A stretch of 64,000 bases of DNA from the human T2T-CHM13v2.0 reference genome, Homo sapiens, in assembly GCF_009914755.1 (NCBI RefSeq), contig NC_060942.1; one strand, 5' to 3'. A program made the position numbers and the translations under genes. Numbering within the stretch: position 1 is the stretch's first letter; the number at the start of each line of letters is the position of its first letter. Shown piece by piece: positions 19,766 to 33,690 of this stretch. The notes under the pieces were generated by a model. The model was not told the DNA's origin. It worked only from the letters and a program-made list of their open reading frames with translations, and ran no database searches.

Positions 19766-20639
19766 TCTACCAGATTTCTAACTTGTTAGTACTTGCATAT
19801 GGACATGTAACACTAAATTTAGCACCCACCTCTTCCTATCCATCACCACTGCAAATTGCTAATCTTCTCAATATCCTTGGTATCATCAATGACACTAACT
19901 CTCTCAGTTGTGTTTATGCTTTCTGTTTCATTTATATTTCCAGCAAAAAGTCTTGAGACCCTTCCTTTTTAAAAAAAAAATATTGTTCACTTCATATTCT
20001 CTACTCTAAAATATGAGAAGTGAGAACACAAATGACTGTCTTTTTATTCTTATATGGTATTCAAGGCCAATATTAACTTGTTTCACAAAGATTTCCTTCT
20101 GAGTCCTTCTGTTGTAGCCGTGATGGGCTTTGTATTGCTCCCATTATCTGCGCTATTTGTTTCCCTTTTATTGTTTGCTCCCTGCTGACTTCACTGTATC
20201 TCCTCTTTAGCCATATTCATCATTATATTACATTCAGGGGACAAATAATAAATAATTTGTTAAAAAATAAGTAAATGAAATGTTTTTAATAAAAGTTCAA
20301 GATTAATTTCTTCCAAGATGTTTCCTCTGACCCAATATATTATTTTATAAAATCATTATTAACATTATTGTTTATATTTTATTATTTAATCTTTATTTAT
20401 CTATATTCAACTGTTTGAAGTTTTTCTTTTCTCTACAACTCAGCTGTTTTTCCATAAAAGTAGCATGCAGCAACACTCTACATTCATATTCACTTTCCTA
20501 AATATATTTATTAATCACATATTGTGTGAAAAGTGCTAACAATGTGCAATAAACAAGAAAGATACCATTATCCTCCTCATGAAATTTGAAGTATGTGCTT
20601 TTCTTTGGTTCTATAACTTTAGAATTTATATAGTGGTAA

Positions 20640-21119
20640 ATTTGCTTCCCAGGACTGCCTTCATAAATTACCACAAACTAGATGGCTTAAAACAACAGAA
20701 ATTTATTCTCTTCACAGCTCAGGATGCTAGAGGATCAAAATACAGGCATCAGTGATCTCGGTTTCTTCGGAGAGCTCTAAGGGAGTGTCTCTTCCCTGCC
20801 GTTCTCCTGGCTTCTGTGGCTGCTGGCAACACTTGGTGGTTCTTGGCTTACACCTGTACCACTTCAGTCTCTGCCTCTGTCATCTCACTGACTCTTCCTG
20901 TGTGTCTCTGTATTCAGGTAGTGCTTTACTCTTCTTATAAGGACACCAATCAAACTGGTTAGGGCTCATCCTAACTCAGCATGACTTCATCCTAACTCAG
21001 CATGACCTCATCTTAACTTGATTCCATCTGCAAAGACCTTATTTCTAAATAAGGTTCACAGATCCTGGGGTTTAGGACTTGAGCATATCTTTTGAAGGGA
21101 CACAATTCAACCCACAACA
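20640..21119 (-). mobile_element. MLT1B/C MaLR LTR
   Basis: aaattaccacaaactagatggcttaaaacaacagaaatttattctc...ggggacacaattcaacccacaaca; internal ~21-bp tandem duplication near 20967-21010. Confidence 0.88.
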
Positions 21120-21559
21120 TATGTTTATAATCTCTGGTAAATAAGATATGTCAATGTTTGCTCAATTTCCAAGCACAAAAGTCTATGAGAAAGAATATAT
21201 TGCCAGAAATTATAGAAGCAACCATTTAGCCAAAGCAGAAATGCAAATATTGAGGCCAAAACTACAGATTTTCACCTGCTATTTGATTGAACAATCTTAG
21301 TAGTTTGTTTTCCTATGTAATAAATAGACATTTGTTTTTGCTTTCTAACTGAGTAGATCATGTGGACCTCAGTTTTGTAAGTCCCTATTTTAACTATTTC
21401 TACATCATCCATTTGTAAGAAGAAATACCAATATTTCTTTATTTTTTCTCAATATAAGCAGTTAAAATGGTTGTAAAAGCAAATAAAATAAATGCATTTT
21501 TAAAAACATCAAACTCAGTATTTGTTTATATGTGCTAAACTTCCAGAATTATCAGTTTG

Positions 21560-23090
21560 AATTTTCATAAGAAATTGAGCCAAAATTTACTAGAATGTCT
21601 GGTAACATTAAACAGTCTAGGAAAGAAAAAAATGAAATGAAAATATTTAAATATAGTAGATTACTAATAACAATATGTATACATATATAGAAAAGTATAT
21701 GCAACATTTGAAATGAAAAACGAAGCAAAACCGTAGATACAGAATATATAGAATAATACAAAAATGTTAGATATTACTCAAGGAAAATTAATTAGAAAAC
21801 TGTTAACTGGAAGGCTATAAATTATTATAAGGAATCCATGAAGAAGTATTGAATAGAAAATTATAGAAATAATTGAAAAATTGATTAAAGGCCTAGCATT
21901 TAACACGAGTTTATTGTAGAGCTATATCTACCCTTAACGAGAACTAAATGATAATTTAAAAATTCTAGATACTGGGAAAAGACAAAAAGCTCCCTAATTT
22001 ATTTTTAGAAGTATAGTTTTGATAGGAAAGCCTGTAAAGAATAAAAAAAAAAAAAAAGGAAAGATATAGTCCAATCTTCCACTTAAGGAAGTATGTATAT
22101 CTCAAAGTCCAAATCAAATATAAGAAAACTCAGTTCAAGCAGGAAAATAACAGAATACAATATTGTAATTTTGGTTGATTAGTGTGCTTCGATATCATAA
22201 AATATATTACATATTTAACTGTATCAAATAAATTAAAATATATAAACCACATATTTATAACAATGTATGCCGGTAATTATTTACTAAATCTCAAGTGTGC
22301 TGTAAATATAAAGATACTTTCTGAGTATGGTGAAAATCATTTAACAAAAAACAATGGCAAGCATCTTTCAAAACTGGGAAATGATAATTAAGAAAGTAAC
22401 ACCATCACCATTTTCAAAGTAATTTCATACACCATTGTTGTATGAGGTATGCAAAATAAATTGAGATCAAAAATGATGGTTTCAGTAAATATTAAAAAAA
22501 GACAAATACTCTAAGGATAAATTGTATTAATGAGTACCTAGAAAAGCCAGAAGACTCTAGCAAAGATTAACAGAATTAATAAGTAATTGTGATAAAGTGA
22601 CAGGGCATAATATCCCCAAATTCATTAGCTGTAGTGGTATTAAAGAGTTGTACTAGTGTTAGCTAGCTGGAAATAGCTAGTTCAAAACAAAAGAAAGACA
22701 ATAAAATATTTAAGAATAGATTTAACATAAAAGTAAATAAAGACTAATTGAATAATATTATAGTATCTCATTGGAGCATATAAAATATGATCTTCAGAAA
22801 TATTACATTATTGATTGTGATGTCATAATATAAAAATGTCAACTGTTACAAAATGAATGTATTAATTTAGTACACTTAGAAGAAGTATCCTAAAGGTTTT
22901 GTTCTCATTGCATTTGTTCTTATTTTTGTTGTTTTGTCAATTGGACATTAGTTTACAGTGAATATGAAAGAAGATACATCCAAAAATACTCAGAAAATTA
23001 TGAAGAAGATTAATGAGGTTGGATTTGTCTTACTTGACATTAAAAAATAAACAATATGGTCTAACATACCAAGAACAGACAATGAATTAG
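21560..23090 (+). mobile_element. Very old L1 (L1ME-like) ORF2 remnants
   Basis: A-rich; tacctagaaaagccagaagactctagcaaag...aaaatatttaagaatagatttaac...taatataaaaatgtcaa. Confidence 0.6.
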
Positions 23091-23454
23091 CTAGTAAGAG
23101 AAGAAATAGATGCCATATGTTTAGGTGGGTGTTTGCGTGTTTGTGTGTGTGCGTAGTGTGTAGGAGAGAGAGAGGGGAGGCATTTCATTATATATCTAAC
23201 ACAATATTTTATTTTATGAAACTGCAAAGCCATCTTAAATAAAATAAATATGAATTTCTATTTGTCTTCTTCCAGAAGAGTAAATTCTATTCTCATTAAT
23301 TCTTTATACATGTGAAATAAAATAGCATTTGTTTCCATGGGTGCAAGTACCAGGTATCAGCATTGGCCTCGCTATGGACAATAGTGCTGGATAAAATATA
23401 TGAAAATATATAAAATGTCTTCGTAAGTGCATTAGAAGAAGTGGAATAAGAATT

Positions 23455-23610
23455 GAAAACTGCTGAGAGTGGATGTTAAATGTTCTTTCCACAAAATGAT
23501 AACTATGTGAAGTAATTACATAGATTTAACTATTCCACACTTCAAAAAATCCTGTTGTACCCGATAAATATATACAATTTCATCTGTCAATTAAAAAAAT
23601 AAATAAAATT
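23455..23610 (+). mobile_element. L1MA 3' end fragment
   Basis: gctgagagtggatgttaaatgttct...gataactatgtgaagt...ataaatatatacaattt...tcaattaaaaaaa. Confidence 0.7.
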
Positions 23611-23829
23611 AAACATTATTTTAAAAATATGAAAAATAAGCAGCTAAAAATAAGATAAAAGCTGAAACCCCAGACATCAAAGCTGGTTTTGCATTGAAGA
23701 CATTTGCTGAACTAAAAAACATGAACTTGAACTTTTATGGCTTTGTAAATTTCAGTGGCGAGAAGACAAGGCCAGAGCCAATTTAGATTACAGAAAGCCA
23801 AGAAACATACCTATGTGAAAACAATAAGT

Positions 23830-24900
23830 TAGATGAAATTAAATATTTTTCAGTGACAGCTGACAATTATTTATCCACAAAGAAGAAAAATCATGAACAT
23901 GTTCCTGTGCCTTATATATTATGCTCAAATCTGTATTTCAAGTAGATTTCAGATTTACACAGGAAAGGAAAAACTATAAAAACTTTGGGTTAAGATATAG
24001 AAAATTTTAGGATCACATGGAATGAAAGTATTAAAAGCCAGGTTGTAAGAAAAGTAGTCAAATTTGATTGCATTTAAGAACTTCTATTCATCAAAATGCA
24101 CTGAAGAGTGAAAGATGAAAGAAAAAAAGAAGAAAGGAGGGAGGGAGGAAGGAAGGAAGGAGGCAAACTTAATACAAATCAAGAAGAAATCAAGAAGATA
24201 GAGACACACTTTCTACTGAAATATGTCCTAAATTCATGAGGTAATTTACAGATGAGAAATGCAAAAATTAGTAAATGTGGAAATACTCTCATCTGCTAAT
24301 CTGCCCTTGGTCAGTTCCTTCCCAGGAGCTCTGGCCTCCCCTTCACTGTTAGAACATTCTTGTTAGGTGTCAAGGCCCTTTTAAGTAAGTCAGTAAGACT
24401 CAAGCTATAAAGGAATCTATAGATACCTTTGACTGCTCAAAATGATTGAATAAAGGAATAAATACATGAATAAATCAATGAACGTAAAAATATAACACAA
24501 ACTCAAAAAACAAATGGAAGATTGGAATATTTGTAAATCAATTTAAGATAAAGTATTAATGTCATTAAAATACAGAGGACTATTATCACATAAAAGAACA
24601 TTTATCAAATAGCAAAGTGAGTAAAAGATATGCTTACTTAACTTTCACACATGCAAGTCCAAAGAGGAAATTAAAAAAAGAAAATTATGCTCAACCTTCC
24701 ATGTACCTTGTGAAAGGCAAATGCAAGTAAGAATAAAACGCAATTTCTCCATAGTTAGATGGACAAGATCAAATAGAGTAATATTCCTTGCTCTTTCAAA
24801 TTTGGGGTGCATGGCATTGATATAAGGTAGAAATGTGAATTATTTTAACTTGTTTTGGAGGGGAGGGAAGCAAGCCAGAAATATGTATTTACATAAAACA
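23830..24900 (+). mobile_element. Old L1ME-like remnants with (GGAA)n
   Basis: aacttctattcatcaaaa; aaaaaacaaatggaagattggaatatttgtaa; aaatgcaagtaagaataaaac. Confidence 0.5.
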
Positions 24901-26399
24901 TATCATTTTATCCAGATTCCTTGTCAGACTAATGCTTCTCATAGAAATAGAAATTCAGGATATATGAATAGTATCTGTAAGAATTCACAACCATATGATC
25001 TAGGCATGAAGGAGAATTCATGAGGGCATAAGATACAAAACCAATCCTTTACTACAAGATGAAGAAGGCAAGAAAGACAAGGAGGGAAGAGAGGAAGGAA
25101 AATAAAATAAAAGCAGTCCACTGTGATAACAGTAAGAGGCAATGATCAATGAGTTCTTGGTATGATAGCAAGTGTCTTTAAGAGCGAAATATCTATTACT
25201 TGATACTTTTCCCAAAGAAAAGTTTGAATTGATACTGTTACCTATATTATAAATATTCAATATAAGCAATTTGCCTTACATTACAGTCAATAAAGGGTAG
25301 AACAGGATTCCCAGGCTGTTGACTCTAAAGCTGGTGAATTTAGTCCCTATGCCATAGCCATGACACAGCGATACTGCCTGCATTCCCTTCGTATGTTTTC
25401 AAAGCTGCGCTAGTATTTTCTTAAACTAACTTACTTGATTTTTAAGTTTGTGCTTTTGAATTTCCCCATAGCTCCCATGGCATACACTTGTGTGTATGCA
25501 CAGGCATGCACAAACACACACACACATAGGTTCTATTCCTCACTACCCCAGCAATAACCAGTCTTAACATTTTGAGATATATTCTTTTAGTCTTTTTTTA
25601 AACAGTCAATGAGTGGTTAAACTTGATGGGCTTTCCTTGTAATTAGCTGTCATTGTACAGGAAGCCAGGCCCTGGAAGTCTGGAAGAGCACTAGACACAT
25701 GTTGATGGAGACCTGTACTTAGTAAAAGTCCAGACCATTAAGTCTTTAAGGGGAATACAGGACAAAAAGAACCCCGGAGAGAAGAGGGCTGAGTCACCAA
25801 AGGACAGCATGAGAGCCCACAGTGTTGGTTGGCAGTTGGACATCAATATCTGGAAGTAGAGAAATTGCAGAAAAAAGAGCATGGTAATTCTGGATGCTTC
25901 CCAAAAGTAACCCTCACTTTCACACAGACTGAAGTTTAACCTACTATTAAGCCACTGAATTAACAGACTCAAACATGAAAACCAATGAAACAACAAAACT
26001 GGATAGTATCTTTGTCCAAGAGTCATTTTGATAATATTTTGAGGATTCAAATTTCTATGTAGAAGGGAAATCAAACTTCCCTTTTCCATATCCACTCCAT
26101 CTCATATTAAAAAATGTATGCACAATTATGTCTATTTTCTAATATCAGAAAACCAAAGATCAGAAACATTTCAAATAGGGATCTTATTTCCTTGTTTAAA
26201 AGCAACAATAAATTTTTGCAAAATGTAGTATAATCCTATATATCAAGTTTCTCAGTGACATAATGGATCTCATTTATCTTCCAGGAATATTACACTTCTT
26301 TTGACTGAATCTGTTGCTTCTACAAATGCCTCTTGGAGTGCAGGTTTGTCATCTGTTAGTTATCATCTTTCAAAATTTTATTTTAGTCCCATCTCTGTT

Positions 26400-27240
26400 C
26401 ACTGGTGAGATATTATTTGTTCTACATTCACAGTGTCTGTTACTCATCTACTAACTACTCATCCTCCCTTCTGCCACTATCCTAATTCAACTGTCAAGAA
26501 CTCTGGGAAGCTACAGTAGTCTCCCCATAATTTTCCTTAGCTCTCATCTTTCCGTGCCTTGAGTACACTCTGAGTGTACTTCTGGAGCTACCAGATCAAT
26601 TGACTGCCAGATCAATTTCCTGAAGACCAGTACTTATTATATCACTTCTCTATTTGAGAAGAGCCAAAAATATTTAATGACTACCCATTGGCCATAGAAT
26701 GATGCTCAAATATGTCAGTCATACTTCCATGCTCTGGAATCAACAACCTATTTAATTTTTTTCTCATTATTTGCTATTATATGGAACAGACACTGGTCAT
26801 ACTCAACTGTAAATTATTGCAGCTCAAAGGTGAAATTTTTCTGTGTGAGTTTTGATCCAATGTTCTCTATGTCTGAAATATCTTTTTAAAAAACAAAACT
26901 GTTACGCAAACACTTCTCCTTAACTCAAATTCCACGTGAAACATAAATCCGAATTTATATTTCTAAACTGAAAACTATAGAATCCTCTTTTAAATTCCTG
27001 TGTGTTTTAATCTGTACTCATTATATTACATAGATCTAGTTAGTATTATAATTAGTATATATTCCTGCATGTATTATTAAAAAATACAGTATAATTTTTA
27101 TGTTTATATATTACCTTCTGAGAGTTTGAATACAAAACAATTTATATATCTGCTTTATTTACGTATCCCTTAGAATCAGCAGCAAAATTTCTTGCACATA
27201 TAATCAGTAAATATTTGCTGAGTAATTGAATGAATCAAGC
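26400..27240 (+). mobile_element. L2 LINE fragments
   Basis: ccactatcctaattcaa...tacagtagtctcc...ctacccattggccatagaat; 3' end gtaaatatttgctgagtaattgaatgaat. Confidence 0.5.
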
Positions 27241-27748
27241 AGGTGAACACACTTCCTCATAACGACACTGGTTGCTATAGATCAAATAGTTTAATTAAAC
27301 GCAAAGAAGACCAATTTGCATCAGCCTATATATAATAGGCAAGAAACAAAAGTTCACTGTTCTGTTCTCTATTAGGCTTTCAACCCTTATTCATCAGCCC
27401 TGGAAGAGTAATCACATCAAACAAGAACCTATGAGTTTTTTACCTCAGTCCTTTCCTAGTGTGGCTGCTTGCATGAAGTGCAAGACCACATTCCCAGGTT
27501 GACTGAAATCCCTCCCAAGAGAGCTGCAGCCCAGGCCATGACTCTGATGTTGTGAAGTCTGATGCTCCTGATTCTGATCACTGTTTCACTCCCGCTTCAT
27601 CAAATTTGCCTCTTACGTGCATGCTCTGACTCACAGTGCTGCCTAGGTTTGGTACTTGCAGATCTATTTTCTAGTTCTTGTTTTTAATAGGAAGGCAATG
27701 ATTATTCGTGAGACACTCATAGAGGACACTGTACCTTTTATGGAACTA

Positions 27749-27778
27749 TTAGGTTGGTGCAAAAGTAATTGTGGTTTT
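27749..27778. mobile_element. MADE1/Hsmar1 single TIR fragment
   Basis: ta|ttaggttggtgcaaaagtaattgtggtttt. Confidence 0.85.
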
Positions 27779-28975
27779 AATAGAAAACTTGGTAAGGCTG
27801 TTTTGGAGTTTATATTACACATTTACAATGTTAATTGGTCAAATCTCAAGTCACAGTGAGGAGAGAAATATAAATAAAGACAAATGGGGATTTGGAAGTA
27901 TGGTGTGTGGAAGTGGAAGATGTTGACTATAGGGTTAGGAACGTATTCTTACAGAGAAGACATTCTTTTTCCCCTTAAATAATTTCTTTTTTATAATCAA
28001 TGTGGAAAATTATTGATCCCGATATTATATTTTCTCGCTCCTCAACTGTGTCACAAGAGTCTGGGACAAAAGTCTGAACAAAAGTCTGGGATTACTGGGG
28101 ACGTAATATGGCATTGTTTGATTGCTTTTCCTCAAGGTTTAGGTTTATCCTAGTCTAGGGCCTAGTAGGGATTTATGTCTGATGGGCCTTGACTAGAGAC
28201 AGATGACCTGAAGCTCTGTAACCTGCTTCCATTTCTTGTTTTCTGCCTCTCTCATTTCCTTCTTTCTCTCAATTAAAATGTGTGTTTCCATCATACATAC
28301 TTAGTCCTTTGCTATTCATGTGGAACATATTATAAAATGAAAGAGACTGTCTTTGATCTTAAAAAAGAACAGCCTGGAAGGAAAAAATGTTACCAGGCAA
28401 TTACTTGGTAAAAATAAGTTATAGTTAAGTTGTTGACTTCCCAAGTGAAGGCGTTGTCTAAGAAACATTCCCTAGGGGCTTGAACTTATTTACCGAATGT
28501 GAACAATGGGAAAAGGTAAGAGCCCACAATTTATTTCCAGCTGAGGTTACATTAAGATCATTTGGGATATAGATATGGATATATAGTTATATATTCAGCA
28601 TATATATGCATGTAATGTATGTGTGTGTATATATATATATGAAGTCACATAATTCTATATGTACATGTCGTTTTAATTATGTATATGTTTGTTTGTGTGT
28701 GTACAAGCTATATGCACACTATATACACAAAATAAGTAGATCTGGCTGAAGCATACCATCAAAGAAGAGCTAGATTTGCAGTTGATACTTTCCTGATCAA
28801 CTGTATTTTCAAATGTCATGCTTTTGCACAGCATATTACTATGAAAAGTCAGCTGTGGTGATAAGTGTTTTCTCGTTGAAACAGGTGAGTTGTCGTTGAT
28901 AGTAGTAATTTCTTTACTCTCTTTCAATAACACAGAGGACCTCTGTGGAATTGTGATATTAATATGAATGTTAGA

Positions 28976-29407
28976 GGCCAGACTTGGTAGCTCATGCCTG
29001 TAATCTGAACACTTTGGGAGGCCAAGGTAGGAGGATTGCTTGAGGCCAGGAGTTCAAGACCAGGCAAACCAGCCTGGGCAACGTAGTGAGATGAAAGAAA
29101 GAAGGAAGGAAGGAAGGAAGGAAGGAAGGAAGAGAAAGAAGTTTATATTACACATTTACAATGTTAACTGGTCAAGAAAGAAAGAAAGAGAGAGAGAGAA
29201 AGAGAAAGAGAGAGAGAGAAAGAAAGAGAGAGAGAAGGAAGGAAGGAAGGAAGGAAGGAAGGAAGGAAGGAAGGAAGGAAGGACAAGGCATAGTACCAGC
29301 TATTGAGAGACTGAGGCAAGAAGTACACTTGAGCCCAAGGGTTTGAGGCTGCAGTGAGCTATGATTGCACCATTGCACTCCAGCCTGTGTGACACAGTGA
29401 GACTCTG

Positions 29408-29438
<31 letters not shown>
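28976..29438 (+). mobile_element. AluJ whose middle A-linker has expanded into a (GAAG)n/(GA)n microsatellite
   Basis: ggaggattgcttgaggccaggagttcaagacc...gaggctgcagtgagctatgattgcacc; purine repeat ~29092-29282. Confidence 0.92.
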
Positions 29439-29443
<5 letters not shown>

Positions 29444-30521
29444 GTTAAAATACTGTATTTCAGTTTTCAAAAATGATCAGGTGCTGACATTGGTATTGAA
29501 TTAGAGGAAATTTTGTGCTATAATGATTAAGACTTCTGAACAGTTTCTGCTTCTTTGCTAGTTTCAATGAATTTTTTAAAGAAGATTGATTACATATGTG
29601 ATAACTGTGAAGCTGGCTTTTCTGTTCAAAATTAAACACATTTTCCTCTTCCTATTGTAATTCAAAAGTTTTGTCTTTTTGGTTCTTACTGCGAAATTCT
29701 CCCAGAATCCACATGTAACATCAGAGGGATGTGGGACCGTTTGTTGCCCACTGGTTATTAGCTTTGTTGCGACCACTTCAGTTGATCTTTCTTCCTTCAT
29801 TATCCCCAGCCTCCCTCACAAGTTGAAATATCTGTGAATTAAAATAGCTTTCTCAATTATAGGAGGTCTATTATTTGAGCAACCCTATCTCACTGCATGA
29901 TCCATCTTGAATTTGATTTTGTTTCACTTTATTCTCATTTGTATTTAATTCATAAATTGATGGTCTTCTACAATGGGCTAAGATTTTATCATGTTATTTA
30001 TATTCCTGTCTTTTTTTTTTTTTTATTTTTTGAGCTTTTTTGTTACTCTTTTAAAGTACCAGTTACCCTGGATTTTCCAATTAAATGTGTTTCAATTCCA
30101 AATCCTTTTCTAGTTCTTGAAAACATAAGGGACCCCAAACCTAACATATGTAACCAAATCATGCTATGATTTGCCAAAAGGAATACATCATCTTGCTGGA
30201 ATTTAGCTGCTATGTCCAAGATTTGTACTCCCTTTTTATAACATAATTTCCTTTTATGGTTTTATATTCACTCTTTTTTTCTTAAATCATCCAAGCAGTC
30301 TTTTTTTAATTGTTAAGAAAAAGTGATATAATTCTTCATTTCATCAAGCTTAAGATTGTGCTATAAATTTGACATATTACTTTCTAAGTAGGAGTTTGCT
30401 TGGTTAACTCAATTATAGTCTGTGTATTATAGGACAGGTGTTCTTGTGATTACTGGTACAAAGAAGATTATCACCTTCAAAAAAGTAAATTACTAAGATG
30501 GTACAGTCCCATGAACCTCTT

Positions 30522-30630
30522 CTGTAGTCCCACCTGCTCAGGAGGCTAAGGTGGGAGGATCCCCTGAACCCAGGAGTTCAAGACCACCCTTGGACACACA
30601 GGGAGACCCTGTATCTAAAAAGAAAACAAA
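30522..30630 (+). mobile_element. FLAM/Alu monomer fragment
   Basis: ctgtagtcccacctgctcaggaggctaaggtgggaggatcccctgaacccaggagttcaagacc. Confidence 0.8.
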
Positions 30631-31606
30631 ATTGAGAAGGTAAAATTTTTTTTATATACTTTTCAGTGAGATCTCATAGATCTAGTCTTACAAAGTTCTC
30701 ACAACACAGTGGTTGTTGGATAATAAGTGTTTATCAGGCTGCGCAAATCACAAACCACAGTAATTTTATATACTGAAAAAAGATTATTGGAGAACAAAAA
30801 TAGATCTAATAAAATTTTGTTTCATGAAACCCAATATATTTACTCACTCATCACTTTAAATAGTTCCTAAAAATTTTGAATGCAAAAAACTAATCATATT
30901 TGTATGAAGCCTAAATTACCCATAAAAGTTGAATTACTACAGTACATTTTAAAAAATTATATACATTTTACAATAAATTTTATATTGAAAAAAGTTTTTC
31001 TTGGTCTTATAATTATTTTTTAGTAATTATTACCTTTAAAAATGCCATGGAAACAGAAACAGTGATTCTTGAAACATAATCTGCTTTTTATATATAATAA
31101 TGAATATGGAGGTGGCTTTAAAGCCAGTTAAATTTGAAACATGCTTCACTTATGCAGATTAGCTCCTTCAATATACTTTCACTTTGGTCATGTTGCAACA
31201 GTACTGACATTTTGAAAATACTCAGAAACAGTCAAAATTTGATTGACCCCGCTAACTTTTCAAAAGCCTTTGACCAATAATCAGGTACTATACAATTTGT
31301 TTTGATCCCTAAATGGAATTAAATGGCACCAAAGGCAGATTACTCTCCTTTATGGAGTGTTAAAAAATGTATTAATATTTGCAAGTATATATGTACACAT
31401 TTACGTGTAAGTATGTGCATCTACTTATTTTACTATCTTAACTAATTACAAGATAAAATGAGCAAGAAGAATTTTAAAAATATCCTCATTAACAATATTT
31501 GTAACCGTAATTTTACATACATCAGTAACCATGATTTTAATTACATTTTTTGTGATATACCAGATGTTCAAACAGCACAATTTGTATTAATTTAGAACTT
31601 TGTATT

Positions 31607-32090
31607 GTAAGAAGTAAATTTTAAGTGCTTCTTTGACATCTTTAAGCCCCACTAGGCCCCAGAGGCCTTGCCATGAGTTTTCCTGCTCTCGTGAGACATG
31701 TCCTTACACAACAAGACAGACTCTCTACCCAGCTCAATCAACTGTATCTCACCTGGTCCTCAACAAAATGGGTTTCACTTCCTTGCCACCATATAAAATT
31801 ATTTAAATAAACAAATTTCATTCTTCTAAGAGAATCAAGGGTCATTTCACCCTCTTGTTACTACAAAGCCTGCCTCCCATAGCCCTGATGATTCATTCTG
31901 CATCTGAATGAACTTCGTGGCTCTGCATGGTATATAGCATCCGTCTCCCATAGCCTGTTAGTATATGTCATTAATAAGACATCACCAGTGCCCTCTGACC
32001 ACTGTTGGTGTCCTGTTTTGTCATCTTATGATATTTACCAATGTGGGATTCCTCCTTCACCAGTAGGGTGAATAGAAGGTGATCAGAACA
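31607..32090 (+). mobile_element. Solo ERV LTR (MER90-like, subfamily uncertain)
   Basis: Starts TGTAAG, ends AACA, ~480 bp, GC-richer than flanks. Confidence 0.5.
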
Positions 32091-32504
32091 GGCTGATAGT
32101 TGGGTCCCTAGATATTTTTGAAAATGTAGGCCTGAATAGAAGGCCACTTTATCTTCGCAAGGAAGTCAGCAAAGCAAATGTTTACAGGTAATTCTAATTT
32201 TTGTTTTCCCTTCTGTTTCTATTATGGGAGTGACATGTGAAATTGGTGGTCAAAGTTCTAAATTGCTATACTCTAAAACATGACCAAATGAAAATGATTG
32301 TTTTTTAATCTGGAAAAATTTAACATAGGTTGATACTAATTATCTATCACAACCATAAAAATCATCTCACTGAAGTACTCATTTACTATTTTAAATTTAA
32401 ATTTTAGCCCAACAAACACAATGAGGAATTCTATGAGGCAATTTGGGTGAACCATTAAGTCCCGTATGATTGTATGTGATCACTTGATTTACGGGGTTGC
32501 TCGC

Positions 32505-32938
32505 TGCTGTGGTTTGAATGTTTGTCCTATCTGAAACTCAAGTTAAACCTTAATCTCCAGTATGGCAGTATTGAGAGGTGGGGCCCGTAAGAGGTGATTG
32601 GGTCATGAGGACTCTGCCCTCATGAATGGACTAATCCATTCATGGATTAACAGACTAATGGGTTAATGGATTAATGGATTATCATGGGAGTAGGACTGGT
32701 GTCTTTATAAGAAAAGTAAGAGAGGCCGGAGCTGGCAAGCTCAGCCCCCTCACTGTGTAATGACCTGTGCTGCCTTGGGCCTTTGCAGAATCCCCGCCAG
32801 CAGGAAGGTTCTTACCTGATGCAGGCCCTGAATCTTGGGTTTTTCAGCCTCCCTAATTGTAAAAAATAAATTTGTTTTCTTTACAAATTATCCAGTTTTA
32901 AGTATTCTGTTATAAGCAACAGAAAATGGACTAAGACA
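32505..32938 (+). mobile_element. MST (MSTC/D-like) MaLR solo LTR
   Basis: tgctgtggtttgaatgtttgtcc...ggattaatgg repeats...gcaacagaaaatggactaagaca. Confidence 0.9.
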
Positions 32939-33149
32939 CGATGTCAGTTAAATTTTGGATGATGTAAAAAACAGTGATAAATTTATTTTAAAATAATTGA
33001 TCGGGAGCCATTTTTCTTCTTATATTGCAGGTATTGGGGAAAACAAATAAATACATGTAGAATCTACTGTTAAGCCAGTGAATCTTGTAAACAAATGAAT
33101 AAAAGAATCAAACAGGGTTTTTAAAAAATCAAGTTACCATTAACCAGAC

Positions 33150-33690
33150 TGTGATGTAAATAACAGGAAATCCACTCAGAGGTTAGGAAGACAGAAATAA
33201 ATTGCAATCTTTAAATAGCCAGGCTGATACAATTCATTTCATACAGGTTCTCAAGGTAAAATACAGTATCAAGTAGGAGGAATTGGCAGCACTATTGATA
33301 TAGGTAATTTATTCCAAATTCAGGTAGTAATCGGAATGGCCACCTGTGTGAGTTAATTGCGTTTATCTGAAGGAGAAACAAAATTTCTCACATCTCTCTA
33401 GAAAGCAGGTTGTTACAATGTGGAGCCAGGTGCCTAGGTTAAACTCCCTCAGAGACAGACAGATTGGGATGCTGTTTTCCTTGATGTTTCCATTTCAAAG
33501 AGATGGCTCCAAGGTCTTCAAGAAAAAATATTACTGGGTTATAAGACTGCCAGAGGCTTATTTTGCTTTTTTAAAATGTTTATACACATCTCTACAGGAG
33601 AGAGAAAGAATTTACAATTACTAATTTTCAAAAGGAAATTAAGTAAAGAGAAAGATGGTGAGTCTCCTCATTTGACACCAGGGAAAATGC
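33150..33690 (-). mobile_element. ERV1 LTR remnant (MER34-like)
   Basis: gatgtttccatttcaaagagatggctcc...agagaaagaatttacaattac. Confidence 0.55.

Noticed and set aside
25691-26095. 134-aa minus-strand ORF
   Set aside because: No recognisable domain or splice context; composition typical of a chance ORF in AT-rich DNA.
29040-29378. K/E/R-rich and S/F/L-rich ORFs
   Set aside because: Translations of the (GAAG)n/(GA)n microsatellite inside an AluJ.
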